Source of the DNA: Synechococcus sp.
GTDB lineage: Bacteria; Cyanobacteriota; Cyanobacteriia; PCC-6307; Cyanobiaceae
Length of the DNA: 64,000 nucleotides
Assembly (NCBI GenBank): GCA_047285305.1
Contig: JBJBDL010000003.1
Location: 64,001-128,000, forward strand
Reading direction: 5' to 3'
The translations under genes and the position numbers were made by a program. Positions within the stretch are counted from its first letter, which is position 1, and each line of letters starts with the position of its first letter. The notes below the pieces were generated by a model, which saw nothing but the letters and a program-made list of their open reading frames with translations, had not been told where the DNA came from and made no database searches. This document shows positions 20,353 through 30,744 of the stretch, one piece after another.

Positions 20353-21072
20353 TCAACGGGTGAGCAATTGGTGGTTCACCGAGCTGAGGGCACCGTGTTC
20401 TGAATAGCGACGTGAAATGCGCTCGAGGCGCGTTGGACTCGACAGCCAAAGCGCTTCGATGTTGAAGGGCTGGTGCGGATCAATCTGGGCCGGCGCCAGA
20501 AAAGCGCCTCCATCCGGCAAAAAGATCCAGCGATCAAGATCGCCTGCGCCAAAACAGATGTTGTCCCCTGGCGAAGGGTGGTCGCAGCGCCAGTCACCGA
20601 TCAGCTGATCTGGCTCCAGGGGTGGACGTTCCAGGGCTGAACTTCCGGCGAGAAACTCACGGATCAGCACAATCCGATCCAATTGCCCCGCACCATCCCA
20701 AAGCAGCACCAAGCGATGACGGCGTTGCTCATGCAAGAACCCGAACTCGGCATAGAGCTTGGTCCAGGTGGAGCGGTGCAGCGTCCCCCTGGAAAAACTG
20801 CCGGTGCCGAAGACCCCCATGTCGGGATCCAGCCGCATGAAGCTTTGAACGATCCGCTTTTCAGGCTCGCCGGCAGGCGGTTGATGGGGAGAACTCGATC
20901 CCGCTCCCTCAGGCCAGAGCAGCAGGGTCAGATTCAGTGGCACACCGGAGGGAGCCGGTTTAAGCGTGAGCAGGGAGGGCTGACTCTTGGTGCGTTGAAG
21001 CGTCCGGTCCATGCTGTCGAACCAGCCGCGCCACTCACCAACGTTGCGCTGCAGGTGCTCCCATTCGCCCAC
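20353..21072 (-). CDS. DUF3598 family protein
   Basis: W..L.RN.GEW.G.F N-terminus; G.FS.G, AEFGF, FLPDGG segments typical of this cyanobacterial family. Confidence 0.7.
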   Translation of the reverse strand: MGEWEHLQRNVGEWRGWFDSMDRTLQRTKSQPSLLTLKPAPSGVPLNLTLLLWPEGAGSSSPHQPPAGEPEKRIVQSFMRLDPDMGVFGTGSFSRGTLHRSTWTKLYAEFGFLHEQRRHRLVLLWDGAGQLDRIVLIREFLAGSSALERPPLEPDQLIGDWRCDHPSPGDNICFGAGDLDRWIFLPDGGAFLAPAQIDPHQPFNIEALWLSSPTRLERISRRYSEHGALSSVNHQLLTR

Positions 21073-21172
21073 GTTCAGCCCGATCCCGATGGAGGCCTGA
21101 GGCTAGGCAGAGCCCAGACCGAGACGAGAACAACAACGCGCTCCAACAGAACCACTGCGAAGCACAGACAAC

Positions 21173-21203
21173 AAAAATCCCCACCCGGCGAACCGGATGG
21201 GGA
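21173..21203 (-). terminator. Intrinsic terminator of psaAB
   Basis: Minus strand TCCCCATCCGG-TTCG-CCGGGTGGGGA then TTTTT. Confidence 0.85.
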
Positions 21204-21249
21204 CGTTTGAAACGAGGAACGACTCGTCGCGGGTTAATTCAGGAAGGAA

Positions 21250-23463
21250 TCAACCAAATTTCCCTGAAGTCGAGGCAATCAGGAAGGCGGCGTACGTCAG
21301 GACATAGCCAACCGTGAAGTGAGCCAAGCCGACTACACGGGCCTGAACGATGGACAGTGCCACAGGCTTGTCGCGGTAACCCATCATGTTGGCGATGGGG
21401 CTGCGCTGGTGAGCCCAGACAATGGTCTCGATCAGTTCCTGCCAGTAACCCCGCCAGGAGATCAGGAACATGAAGCCGGTGGCCCAAACCAGGTGTCCGA
21501 AGAGGAACATCCAGGACCAGACGGCGAGGTTGTTGCTGCCGAACGGGTTGTAGCCGTTGATCAACTGGGAGGAGTTGAGCCACAGGTAGTCGCGGAACCA
21601 GCCCATCAGGTAGGTGCTGGATTCGTTGAACTGGGCCACGTTGCCGGACCAGATGGCCAGGTGCTTCCAGTGCCAGTAGAAGGTCAGCCAACCCACGGTG
21701 TTCAGAGCCCAGAAGACAGCCAGGTAGAAGGCGTCCCAGGCAGAGATGTCGCAGGTGCCGCCACGGCCGGGGCCGTCGCAGGGGAAGGAGTAGCCGAAGT
21801 CCTTCTTGTCGGGCATCAGCTTGGAGCCACGGGCATCCAGAGCACCCTTCACAAGGATCAGGGTGGTGGTGTGCAGACCCAGAGCAATGGCGTGGTGAAC
21901 CAGGAAGTCACCAGGGCCGATGGGCAGGAACACATCGGTGTTGCCATTGATCGCGTCCAGCCAGTAGTGCTCACCCGGAATGTTCTGGGAAGCAAGGCTG
22001 GCGGAGCTGGAGGCGTTGGAGAGCAGCACGTCCATTCCGTACATGGCCTTACCAGAGGCGGCCTGAACGAACTGGGCGAACACGGGCTCAACCAGGATCT
22101 GCTTCTCGGGGGTACCGAAGGCAACGACCACATCGTTGTGGACGTAGAGGCCGAGGGTGTGGAAACCGAGGAACAGGGAGACCCAGCTCAGGTGACTGAT
22201 GATCGCTTCCTTGTGCTCGAGCATCCGGGCCAGGACGTTGTCCTTGTTGGCTTCGGGGTCGTAGTCACGGATGAAGAAGATCGCACCGTGGGCGAAGGCA
22301 CCACACATCAGCGCGATGGCGATGTACTGGTGGTGGGTGTACAGGGCTGCCTGAGTCGTGTAGTCCTTCGCGATGAAGGCGTACGACGGCATCGAGTACA
22401 TGTGCTGCGCCACGAGGCTGGTGACCACGCCTAGGGAGGCGAGAGCCAGTCCAAGCTGGAAGTGCAGGCTGTTGTTGATGGTGTCGTAGAGACCCTTGTG
22501 GCCAGCGCCGAGGTCACCGGGGGTGCCCTTCGGGGGGTTGTGGGTTTCGAGGATCTCCTTGATGGAGTGACCGATACCGAAGTTGGTCCGGTACATGTGG
22601 CCGGCGATCACGAAGAGGCAACCGATGGCCAGGTGGTGGTGGGCGATGTCCGTCAGCCAGAGGGCTTCTGTCTGAGGGTGGAAGCCACCGAGGAAGGTGA
22701 GGATGGCGGTGCCTGCACCTTCGGAACTACCGAAGACCTGATTCAGAGAATCGGGGTTCTCGGCGTACACACCCCAGTTGCCGGTGAAGAAGGGTCCAAG
22801 ACCGGCGGGGTGAGGCAGAACGTTGAGGAAGTTGTCCCAACCAACGTGCTGACCGCGGGCTTCGGGGATCGCAACGTGAACCAGGTGACCGGTCCAGGCG
22901 ATGGAGCTGAAGCCGAAGAGGACAGCGAGGTGGTGGTTCAGGCGCGATTCAGCGTTTTTGAACCAGGCCAGAGAAGGACGGAACTTGGGCTGCAGGTGCA
23001 ACCAGCCGGCGAAGAGGGCCCAAGCCGACAGGATCATCATGAAGATGGAACCCTGATACAGCTCGGCATTCGTCTTCATGCCGATTGTGTAGAACCAGTG
23101 ATAAAGGCCTGAATAGGCGATGTTCACCGGGGAGGAAGCACCCGCTTGGGTGAAGGCGTCAATGGCGCCTTGACCGAAGTGGGGATCCCAGATTGCGTGA
23201 GCGATGGGGCGCACGTGCAGGGGGTCGGCGACCCACTGCTCGAAGTTGCCCTGCCAGGCGATGTGGAACAGGTTTCCCGAAACCCAAAGGCCGATGATCG
23301 CGAGGTGACCGAAATGGGTGGAGAAGAGCTTCTGATAGAGGCGCTCCTCCGTCATTCCGTCATGGCTCTCGAAGTCGTGAGCCGTGGCGATCCCGTACCA
23401 AATACGGCGGGTTGTCGGGTCCTGGGCCAGACCCTGGCTGAACGAAGGGAATTTCGTTGCCAT
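21250..23463 (-). CDS. psaB: Photosystem I P700 apoprotein A2
   Basis: [36 protein letters not shown] motif. Confidence 0.99.
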   Translation of the reverse strand: MATKFPSFSQGLAQDPTTRRIWYGIATAHDFESHDGMTEERLYQKLFSTHFGHLAIIGLWVSGNLFHIAWQGNFEQWVADPLHVRPIAHAIWDPHFGQGAIDAFTQAGASSPVNIAYSGLYHWFYTIGMKTNAELYQGSIFMMILSAWALFAGWLHLQPKFRPSLAWFKNAESRLNHHLAVLFGFSSIAWTGHLVHVAIPEARGQHVGWDNFLNVLPHPAGLGPFFTGNWGVYAENPDSLNQVFGSSEGAGTAILTFLGGFHPQTEALWLTDIAHHHLAIGCLFVIAGHMYRTNFGIGHSIKEILETHNPPKGTPGDLGAGHKGLYDTINNSLHFQLGLALASLGVVTSLVAQHMYSMPSYAFIAKDYTTQAALYTHHQYIAIALMCGAFAHGAIFFIRDYDPEANKDNVLARMLEHKEAIISHLSWVSLFLGFHTLGLYVHNDVVVAFGTPEKQILVEPVFAQFVQAASGKAMYGMDVLLSNASSSASLASQNIPGEHYWLDAINGNTDVFLPIGPGDFLVHHAIALGLHTTTLILVKGALDARGSKLMPDKKDFGYSFPCDGPGRGGTCDISAWDAFYLAVFWALNTVGWLTFYWHWKHLAIWSGNVAQFNESSTYLMGWFRDYLWLNSSQLINGYNPFGSNNLAVWSWMFLFGHLVWATGFMFLISWRGYWQELIETIVWAHQRSPIANMMGYRDKPVALSIVQARVVGLAHFTVGYVLTYAAFLIASTSGKFG

Positions 23464-23485
23464 TAGAGGGAGAGGTCAGGTGAGG

Positions 23486-25789
23486 TCAGCCGACCACAAG
23501 AATGTGGGCGTGGAAGAAGGCCCACGTGGTCGCAATTCCGCCCAAGAGGTAATGGGCAACACCCACGGCACGGCCTTGGATGATGGAAAGAGCACGGGGC
23601 TGGATGGCGGGAGCCACCTTCAGCTTGTTGTGAGCCCAGACGATGGACTCGATCAGTTCCTGCCAGTAGCCGCGGCCACTGAAGAGGAACATCAGGCTGA
23701 AGGCGAACACGAAGTGGGCGCCGAGGAACATGATTCCGTAGGCGGCTGTGTTCGAGCCATAGCTGTTGATCACCTGCACGGCCTGAGCCCACAGGAAGTC
23801 ACGCAGCCAGCCATTGATGGTGATGGCGCTTTGGGCAAAGTTGCCATTGGTGATGTGCGCGACGGAACCGTCGGCATTCACCGTTCCCCAGATGTCGCTC
23901 TGCATCTTCCAGGAGAAGTGGAAGATCACAACAGACAGGGAGTTGTACATCCAGAACAGGCCCAGGAACACGTGGTCCCAAGCGGAAACCTGGCAGGTGC
24001 CACCACGACCAGGACCATCGCAGGAGAAGCGGAAGCCCAGGTTGGCCTTATCAGGGATGAGGCGGGAGCTACGGGCGTACAGGACACCCTTCAGCAGGAT
24101 CAGCACCGTCACGTGAATCGTGAAGGCGTGGATGTGGTGAACCATGAAGTCGGCGGTGCCGAGCGGCATGGGAGCAGCGGCAACCTTGCCGCCGACGGCG
24201 ACAACAGAACCGTTGAACACTTCACTCACACCCGCGAGGGCGTTGGGAGCTGTGCTGCCAGCAGCTGCGGCGTGCACGTTCTGAATCCACTGAGCAAAGA
24301 TCGGCTGAATGGAGATCGCCGAATCGCTGAACATGTCCTGGGGACGACCCAGGGCACGCATGGTGTCGTTGTGGATGTACAGGCCGAAGCTGTGGGCTCC
24401 GAGCCAGATGCAGACCCAGTTGAGGTGACTGATGATGGCGTCGCGAGCCTTGAGCACCCGATCCAGCACGTTGTCGATGTGCTTGGCGGGGTCGTAATCG
24501 CGAACCATGGCGATGGCGGCGTGAGCGCCGGCACCAACGATCAGGAAGCCGCCGATCCAGATGTGATGGGTGAAGAGCCCGATCTGGGTGGGGTAATCGA
24601 TCGCTTGGTACGGATACGGAGGCATCGCGTACATGTGCTGAGCAACGATGATGCTCACTGAACCGCCGATGGCGAGGTTGACCGCCAGCTGGGCATGCCA
24701 GGAATTGGTCATGAAGTCGTAAAGACCGTCGTGACCGTTGGTGGCAGGGAACAGCAGGGGATCACCCTTCTGACCTTCGTGGATCTCCTTGATGGAGTGA
24801 CCGATGCCCCAGTTGGTCCGGTACATGTGACCGGCAACAATGAACATCACGGCAATCGCCACATGGTGATGGGCGATGTCGGTCATCCAGAGGCTTCCCG
24901 TTACAGGATTCAAACCACCCTTAAAGGTGAGGAAATCGCTGTAGGCAGCCCAGTTGCCGGAGAAGAAGGCACCGACACCAGCACTGAAGCCGGGATACAG
25001 CTGCGCCAGCAGGTCCTGATTGAAGAACTCGTGGGGCAGCGGAATGTCTGCAGCCGAAGCGATGGTCTTGCCATTCAGCACCAGCGGTTGGCCGGCGTCG
25101 ATGGCATCCATCAACTTGGTGACAGGGGCAGACACGTGGATGACGTGACCAGCCCAAGACAGTGAACCGAGACCCAGCAGACCTGCCAGGTGGTGGTTCA
25201 GCATCGACTCAACGTTCTGGAACCACTCCAGCTTCGGCGCAGCCTTGTGGTAGTGGAAAACACCGGCGTTGAGCATGAGGCCGGCCATCACCAGGGCACC
25301 GATGGCCAAAGCCATGAGCTGGGTTTCGCTGGTGATGCCCCAGGCCCGCCACATCTGGAAGAGGCCTGAGGTGATTTGGATGCCTTGGAAACCGGCACCC
25401 ATGTCGCCGTTGAGGACTTCTTGGCCGAAGACGGCCCAGACCTGCTGGGCGCTTGGCTTCACATGGGTGGGATCAGCAAGCCAACCGGAATAGTTGGAGA
25501 AGCGGGCGCCATGGAAGAAGGCACCGCTGAGCCAGATGAAGATGACGGCCAGGTGGCCGAAATGGGCGGAGAAGATCCGCCGAGAGACCTCTTGAAGGTC
25601 GCTCGTGTGAGCGTCGAAGTCGTGAGCGTTGGCGTGAAGGTTCCAAACCCAGGTGGTGGTTTTGGGACCTTTCGCGAGAGCTCGGTCGAAGTGTCCGGGC
25701 TTGCCGAACAGCTCGAAGGTTGCTGGATTGTCAACCTTCTCGACCTGGCTTTTCGCGTCACTCCCACGCTCAGGTGGGCTGATGGTCAT
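23486..25789 (-). CDS. psaA: Photosystem I P700 apoprotein A1
   Basis: Start MTISPPERG at 25789 with GAGG upstream; [15 protein letters not shown] motif. Confidence 0.99.
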   Translation of the reverse strand: MTISPPERGSDAKSQVEKVDNPATFELFGKPGHFDRALAKGPKTTTWVWNLHANAHDFDAHTSDLQEVSRRIFSAHFGHLAVIFIWLSGAFFHGARFSNYSGWLADPTHVKPSAQQVWAVFGQEVLNGDMGAGFQGIQITSGLFQMWRAWGITSETQLMALAIGALVMAGLMLNAGVFHYHKAAPKLEWFQNVESMLNHHLAGLLGLGSLSWAGHVIHVSAPVTKLMDAIDAGQPLVLNGKTIASAADIPLPHEFFNQDLLAQLYPGFSAGVGAFFSGNWAAYSDFLTFKGGLNPVTGSLWMTDIAHHHVAIAVMFIVAGHMYRTNWGIGHSIKEIHEGQKGDPLLFPATNGHDGLYDFMTNSWHAQLAVNLAIGGSVSIIVAQHMYAMPPYPYQAIDYPTQIGLFTHHIWIGGFLIVGAGAHAAIAMVRDYDPAKHIDNVLDRVLKARDAIISHLNWVCIWLGAHSFGLYIHNDTMRALGRPQDMFSDSAISIQPIFAQWIQNVHAAAAGSTAPNALAGVSEVFNGSVVAVGGKVAAAPMPLGTADFMVHHIHAFTIHVTVLILLKGVLYARSSRLIPDKANLGFRFSCDGPGRGGTCQVSAWDHVFLGLFWMYNSLSVVIFHFSWKMQSDIWGTVNADGSVAHITNGNFAQSAITINGWLRDFLWAQAVQVINSYGSNTAAYGIMFLGAHFVFAFSLMFLFSGRGYWQELIESIVWAHNKLKVAPAIQPRALSIIQGRAVGVAHYLLGGIATTWAFFHAHILVVG

Positions 25790-25976
25790 CGAGTCGTTCC
25801 TCGAGGGACGGGTTTCGAGGTGGTGGGCCACCCCTCCGAAGGGCCGAAGCCAATCGGGGCCCCGAACAAGGATTCACAAGGAATCGGTGTTCGGGCGTCA
25901 GTACGACAGAGGGGTCGAAACCCCTTGTCTGCACTGAAGCTGGGGCCCCAAAGAGGGGACCGCTGGCGGAAGCATA
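25790..25976 (-). promoter_or_regulatory. psaAB promoter (-10 TATGCT) and multi-hairpin 5' UTR, probably the psaA RNA motif
   Basis: Minus-strand TATGCT at 25976-25971; hairpins at 25898-25937 (UUCG loop) and 25861-25895, plus a GGC-UUCG-GCC loop nearer the start. Confidence 0.65.
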
Positions 25977-26193
25977 GGGGCGGAGAAGGGGGTTAAAGGG
26001 CCCTGAGTTACAAAGGTTCAATCCCGTGGCGAGCCAGTCAGCGACAGGCGTCTGCAGAAGGCTGCGAATCAGCGAAACAACCAAGATCTCAGGCAGTAAG
26101 CAATACAATTTCACGCATATTTACTTCCTAAATAACTAAAACTCTGCCAGTGAAGGGCGGATTGTTCAGAATGATCGGATCTGTTCATGCCCG

Positions 26194-27537
26194 ATGCGTC
26201 GCCCTGGCCTGAAGTCGATATGGGCTGTTCTGCTGGCAGCAGTGCTGCTTCTTGGTGCCGGCTTACCTGTTCATGCGCGCCCTGGATTCTTCAATCGCGA
26301 TGCAGGGTCCGCTGCCAAACCGCTGCCGAGTTCAGCCCCCAGCGGGAAGCTCCAGGAAGTGGCTCCTCCAGGAGCAGTGCAACAGCTGCGCCAGAACCTG
26401 CAACAGCACCGCCCCTCCCTGCGGCTGATCGATCCAAGCAACGACAGCATCGTTTCTTCTGACGCCCTTGAGCTGCGTTTCGAAATCGACGACTGGCCCC
26501 TCAGCAGCGACCCCGAATTGGGCCTGGGGCCCCATGTGGTGCTCCAAATCGACAACCGCGCTCCCCTACGACTCAGCAAAAGCGATGGAAACCGCCTGAA
26601 GGTCCGCATCGATGACCTGGAGGCGGGCAGTCACCGGTTCAGCGCCTGGGCCGCTTACCCCTGGGGAGAAGCCGTTCAAGCACCGGGAGCCTCAGTCCAG
26701 GGACGCGTGCACCTCTGGCAAAAACTGCAGGGCACACAACCCGAACGTGATGCCCCCTGGCTGGTCCCTGTCTCACCAACCGGAGAGCAGGGCCTGCAAC
26801 CCCTGTTGGTGGATTGGCTGATCTGGAATGCTCCCCTGCAAAACCTGCGGGAGGGCGATGGACGCTGGCGACTCCGCATCAGCATTGATGGAGACAGCTT
26901 TTTGGTTGATCACCAGGAAGCCCTTTGGCTCAAAGGATCGAACGGCTCAGGCAGCCACGACATTCAGATGGAACTGCTGAATGGGCTGGGCGAGCCAATT
27001 ACACCGGTCTTCAACAACCAGCTAATTCATCTGAAAGCCGCATCCGGTGCCAAGCCGGGCTGGATGCGCCCACGCCTCAGCGAAAGCCAGCTCGCGCGCC
27101 TGAGCGGCTCCCCTGAGCCTGACGTTCTGGAGGTGGTCGAATCCTCGCCAGAGCCTCCCCAAAAGACTGAGGAGAAACAACAGGAGAAGACAGAACAGCC
27201 CCGAGACCTTCCTCAGGCTGAGCTCAAAGCCGAGGCCGTCGTCAAGGACGAGGTTGAAACCAAGCCCGAGGCCACCCCCCAGCCCGCGGCACCAGAGGAA
27301 AACGAAGAGCAGGATCCTGAGCCACCCCTTGTTGAACAGCCGCTTGCTGAGCAGCCACCTGCTGAACAGCCATCCAAATCAGAAGCTGCTCGGCCCACTC
27401 CTCCCACTCCCGCCCCGAAGGAGCCAGCGGAGCCTCAGCAGCCAGACGACGAGGAACCCAAGCTGAAGCCAAGCAGCAGCCTGGGAGGATCAGCCCGTGA
27501 GTTGCTCAACAGCGATGGGCACTTGCGCAAGCCCTGA
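26194..27537 (+). CDS. Conserved exported hypothetical protein with P/E/Q-rich C-terminal tail
   Basis: Signal-peptide-like N-terminus (...PVHA); two beta-rich domains; low-complexity tail. Confidence 0.8.
   Translation: MRRPGLKSIWAVLLAAVLLLGAGLPVHARPGFFNRDAGSAAKPLPSSAPSGKLQEVAPPGAVQQLRQNLQQHRPSLRLIDPSNDSIVSSDALELRFEIDDWPLSSDPELGLGPHVVLQIDNRAPLRLSKSDGNRLKVRIDDLEAGSHRFSAWAAYPWGEAVQAPGASVQGRVHLWQKLQGTQPERDAPWLVPVSPTGEQGLQPLLVDWLIWNAPLQNLREGDGRWRLRISIDGDSFLVDHQEALWLKGSNGSGSHDIQMELLNGLGEPITPVFNNQLIHLKAASGAKPGWMRPRLSESQLARLSGSPEPDVLEVVESSPEPPQKTEEKQQEKTEQPRDLPQAELKAEAVVKDEVETKPEATPQPAAPEENEEQDPEPPLVEQPLAEQPPAEQPSKSEAARPTPPTPAPKEPAEPQQPDDEEPKLKPSSSLGGSARELLNSDGHLRKP
27331..27375 (+). repeat. Imperfect 15-nt tandem repeat x3 encoding xEQPx
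   Basis: GTTGAACAGCCGCTT GCTGAGCAGCCACCT GCTGAACAGCCATCC. Confidence 0.7.
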
Positions 27538-27606
27538 TCCGGATTTCCTGCCCTGAACCCCACATCTGCCGCTCCCGCTCTGGGCCTAGGACTGAGCCCC
27601 AGCGCC

Positions 27607-29346
27607 ATGCCGCTGTTGGAGCGTTTGCTGCTGCGCGGCCACATCGACCGGATCAAGCCAGCCGATCAAGACATCAGCATCGCCCTTGATGGGCAATGGA
27701 CGGCAGAGAACGTTGTTTTGTTCGTGGGCGCCGTGGGAGCAGTGACGCGCCTGATTGCAGCTCGGATCCAAGGCAAGGAGAAGGATCCAGCCGTTCTGGT
27801 GCTTGACCCGAAAGGAGAATTCATCATTCCGCTGTTGGGAAGCCATTCCGCAGGGGCCGAACAACGCGCCCGGGAAATCGCCATGGATCTCGGCGGGCAG
27901 GCGGTGATCACGGGCGCCTGCGCCCATGAAGGACGTCTCCCCCTGGATGCCTTTGGCGAAAGCTGGGGCTGGAAACGCAGCGGATCGGTGGCCCATTGGC
28001 GAGATCTGATGGTGCGGCAATCCCAGGGGTCCAGCATCAGCGTTCACCAGAGCAGTGGATCCACCACCTGGCGAGGCCCTGAAGGCCATCCCTTGCTGCA
28101 CAACATCGATCCCAAGGGTGTGCCAGACGCCGCTGATCTCGTGATCGGCGCGCGCCGTCAGGGTGATTGCCAGTGGCATCCAGCCACGCTCTGGATCGGC
28201 ATCGGCTGTGAGCGCAACACCAGTGTTTCGCTGGTGGAGAAGGCCATTGCCGAGGCCTTGGCAACAGCAGGACTGGCGGAGGAGGCGATCGCCGGCATCG
28301 CCAGCGCAGCGCGGAAAGCCGATGAGCCGGCCCTGCAGCATCTGAGCCAGACCCGGGCATGGCCGTTCCGAACCTTTGCGGAGCATGCCCTTGCATCCAT
28401 CGACGTGCCCAATCCCTCCGAAGTGGTGCGCCAGGAAATGGGGACTGCATCTGTGGCTGAAGCAGCGGCCTTGCTGGCTGCGGGCGAACAAGGCCATCTG
28501 ATCCAGCCCAAGCGAATCAGCCGTCCGGCAACAGGGGAGCAGGGTGCTGTGACGGTGGCCATTGCCGAGGCGGCCCTCCCCCACGCGCCAGAGAGGGGCG
28601 AACTCCATCTGGTGGGGAGCGGTCCAGGGGATCTGTCCCTGCTCAGCGGAGACGCCAAAGCGGCCCTCTCCCGTTGCTGCGCCTGGGTTGGCTACAGCCT
28701 CTACCTCGATCTTCTGGAGCCCCTGCGCCGGCCGGATCAGGTCCGACTCGATGGCCAGCTCACCCGGGAATGGGACCGCTGTGCCGAAGCGCTGCGCTTG
28801 GCCCAACAAGGGGTCAAGGTTGCTCTGATCTCCTCCGGCGACAGCGGCATCTACGGCATGGCGGGATTGGCCCTGGAGCTGCTGCTCCAGCAACCCGAGC
28901 AGGAGCGGCCCAGCTTCGCGGTGCATCCCGGCATTTCAGCCTTCCAGCTGGCCGCCGCCCGGGCCGGAGCGCCACTGATGCATGACTTCTGCTGCGTGAG
29001 CCTCAGCGATCGCCTCACGCCATGGGCCGTGATCGAAAAGCGACTGGAGGCCGCCGCCGCTGGAGATTTTGTGCTCGCTTTGTACAACCCACGCTCCAAG
29101 GGCCGGGACTGGCAGCTGGGACAGGCCAAGGAAATCCTGCTGAAACACCGCCCCCCCACAACCCCGGTGACGCTGGCGCGGCAGCTGGGCCGCGCAGAGG
29201 AATCCCGTGAGCTCACGAGCCTTGAGCGCTTGAAGCCGGAATCCGTGGACATGCTCACGCTGGTTCTGATCGGGAACAGCAGCAGCCGTGCAGAGGATGG
29301 CTGGATGGTGACGCCGCGGGGCTACCCCGGGGCGAGTCTCCAATGA
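27607..29346 (+). CDS. cobJ: CbiG-CobJ(CbiH) fusion, precorrin-3B C17-methyltransferase
   Basis: N-terminal CbiG (DPAVLVLD, IPLLGSH..GA, GIGCER, SVAEAAA); C-terminal methyltransferase (VGSGPG, SSGDSGIYGMAG, HDFCCVSLSDRLTPW, LYNPRS, TPRGY); true start may lie slightly upstream. Confidence 0.93.
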   Translation: MPLLERLLLRGHIDRIKPADQDISIALDGQWTAENVVLFVGAVGAVTRLIAARIQGKEKDPAVLVLDPKGEFIIPLLGSHSAGAEQRAREIAMDLGGQAVITGACAHEGRLPLDAFGESWGWKRSGSVAHWRDLMVRQSQGSSISVHQSSGSTTWRGPEGHPLLHNIDPKGVPDAADLVIGARRQGDCQWHPATLWIGIGCERNTSVSLVEKAIAEALATAGLAEEAIAGIASAARKADEPALQHLSQTRAWPFRTFAEHALASIDVPNPSEVVRQEMGTASVAEAAALLAAGEQGHLIQPKRISRPATGEQGAVTVAIAEAALPHAPERGELHLVGSGPGDLSLLSGDAKAALSRCCAWVGYSLYLDLLEPLRRPDQVRLDGQLTREWDRCAEALRLAQQGVKVALISSGDSGIYGMAGLALELLLQQPEQERPSFAVHPGISAFQLAAARAGAPLMHDFCCVSLSDRLTPWAVIEKRLEAAAAGDFVLALYNPRSKGRDWQLGQAKEILLKHRPPTTPVTLARQLGRAEESRELTSLERLKPESVDMLTLVLIGNSSSRAEDGWMVTPRGYPGASLQ

Positions 29347-29413
29347 GCGCCAAGTCTTTTTCGGCCTAGCTCAGGCCTCCATCAAGACCAGGCAATGCCA
29401 TTCAGACCAAGAA

Positions 29414-29487
29414 TCGGGATGACAGGATTCGAACCTGCGGCCCCTTCGTCCCGAACGAAGTGCGCTACCAAACTGCGCCACATCCCG
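29414..29487 (-). tRNA. trnP: tRNA-Pro(CGG)
   Basis: Minus strand CGGGATGTGGCGCAGTTTGGTAGCGCACTTCGTTCGGGACGAAGGGGCCGCAGGTTCGAATCCTGTCATCCCGA; anticodon CGG; CCA not encoded. Confidence 0.97.
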
Positions 29488-29573
29488 GCACCGCAATCCT
29501 AAAAGATCGCAGTGAAGCGAAATCCAGGCGGATCTCGGCAGCGACTAGGGTCATGGATTGAAGATGCTTCGCC

Positions 29574-30443
29574 GTGCTCAAGCCGGAGTGGTTGCGCGTT
29601 AAGGCTCCGCAGCGCGAGCGAATCGGCGCCGTGGCCGACCTGCTGCTGGACTTGAACCTGAACACGGTCTGCCAGGAGGCAAGCTGCCCCAACATCGGCG
29701 AATGCTTTGCAGGCGGCACCGCCACGTTTTTGATCATGGGGCCCGGCTGCACCCGCGCCTGCCCCTACTGCGACATCGACTTCGACAAGAGCGTGCGCGA
29801 GCTCGATCCCACCGAGCCGCAACGGCTTGGGGAGGCAGTGGCCCGTCTGGGCCTGAAGCACGTGGTGATCACCTCAGTGAACCGCGACGATCTCGCCGAT
29901 GGTGGAGCGTCCCAGTTCGTGGCCTGCATCGAACAGGTGAAGCAACGCTCACCGCTCACCACGATTGAGCTGCTGATCCCCGACTTCTGCGGCAACTGGG
30001 ATGCCCTGGCAACGGTGATGGCCGCCGCCCCCCACGTGCTGAACCACAACATTGAAACGGTGCCGCGGATGTACCGCCTGGCGCGGCCCCAGGGCATCTA
30101 TGAACGCTCCCTCGAGCTGCTGCAACGGGTGCGGGACCAGTGGCCCAAGGCCTACAGCAAGTCGGGCCTGATGGTGGGGCTCGGGGAAACCGATGAAGAG
30201 GTGATCGAGACGCTCCGGGATCTGCGCAAACACAAGGTCGACATCGTCACCATCGGTCAGTACCTCTCACCTGGCCCCAAGCACCTGGCCGTCGACCGCT
30301 TTGTCACCCCGGAGCAATTCGAGACCTACAGAACCGTGGGCGAAAAGGAGCTGGGCTTCCTCCAGGTGGTCAGCACACCACTCACACGCAGCAGTTACCA
30401 CGCCGGCGAAGTGCAACGGCTCATGGCCAGCCATCCCCGCTGA
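29574..30443 (+). CDS. lipA: Lipoyl synthase
   Basis: [12 protein letters not shown] auxiliary-cluster motif, CTRACPYC radical SAM motif, RSSY. Confidence 0.97.
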   Translation: MLKPEWLRVKAPQRERIGAVADLLLDLNLNTVCQEASCPNIGECFAGGTATFLIMGPGCTRACPYCDIDFDKSVRELDPTEPQRLGEAVARLGLKHVVITSVNRDDLADGGASQFVACIEQVKQRSPLTTIELLIPDFCGNWDALATVMAAAPHVLNHNIETVPRMYRLARPQGIYERSLELLQRVRDQWPKAYSKSGLMVGLGETDEEVIETLRDLRKHKVDIVTIGQYLSPGPKHLAVDRFVTPEQFETYRTVGEKELGFLQVVSTPLTRSSYHAGEVQRLMASHPR

Positions 30444-30729
30444 CGGGGATCCATTCCTGCACCTGCCAGTCCACGAGGCCATCGCGGATCATCGGGTCGT
30501 TCTGCACCCACGCCAGGGCATCGGCATAGGACGACGCTTCAAAGATCAACAAACCCCCGCCGCCCGGATGCCGATCGCCATCCACCAGGTAGCCGCTGCG
30601 TAGACGGCGGCCTGCTGCAGCTTCCTCTGAAACCCAATGGCGGTGAGCCTCCAGGGTGGGTCGCCGCTGCTCAACGGAGAGAGCGGCGGCGACGGCCGTG
30701 AAGGTTTCGGTCTTGACGAACCAGGCCAC
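30421..30729 (-). CDS. YciI family protein
   Basis: R...[16 protein letters not shown] motifs; directly downstream of glsF. Confidence 0.8.
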   Translation of the reverse strand: MAWFVKTETFTAVAAALSVEQRRPTLEAHRHWVSEEAAAGRRLRSGYLVDGDRHPGGGGLLIFEASSYADALAWVQNDPMIRDGLVDWQVQEWIPVSGDGWP

Positions 30730-30744
30730 GGACTGGGGACGGCG

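Noticed and set aside
24017..24028. PsaA FX motif reads [12 protein letters not shown] rather than FPCDG
   Set aside because: Both cysteines are intact. I recall this as a marine Synechococcus variant but cannot verify it without an alignment.
25990..26022. GTTAAA / GTTACA / GTTCAA repeats upstream of the psaA -10 as an RpaB HLR1 site
   Set aside because: Spacing and second half-site fit the HLR1 consensus poorly, so it is not supportable by eye.
29347..29573. tRNA-Pro as a possible island integration site
   Set aside because: Flanked directly by cobJ and lipA with no mobile genes or att-like repeat.
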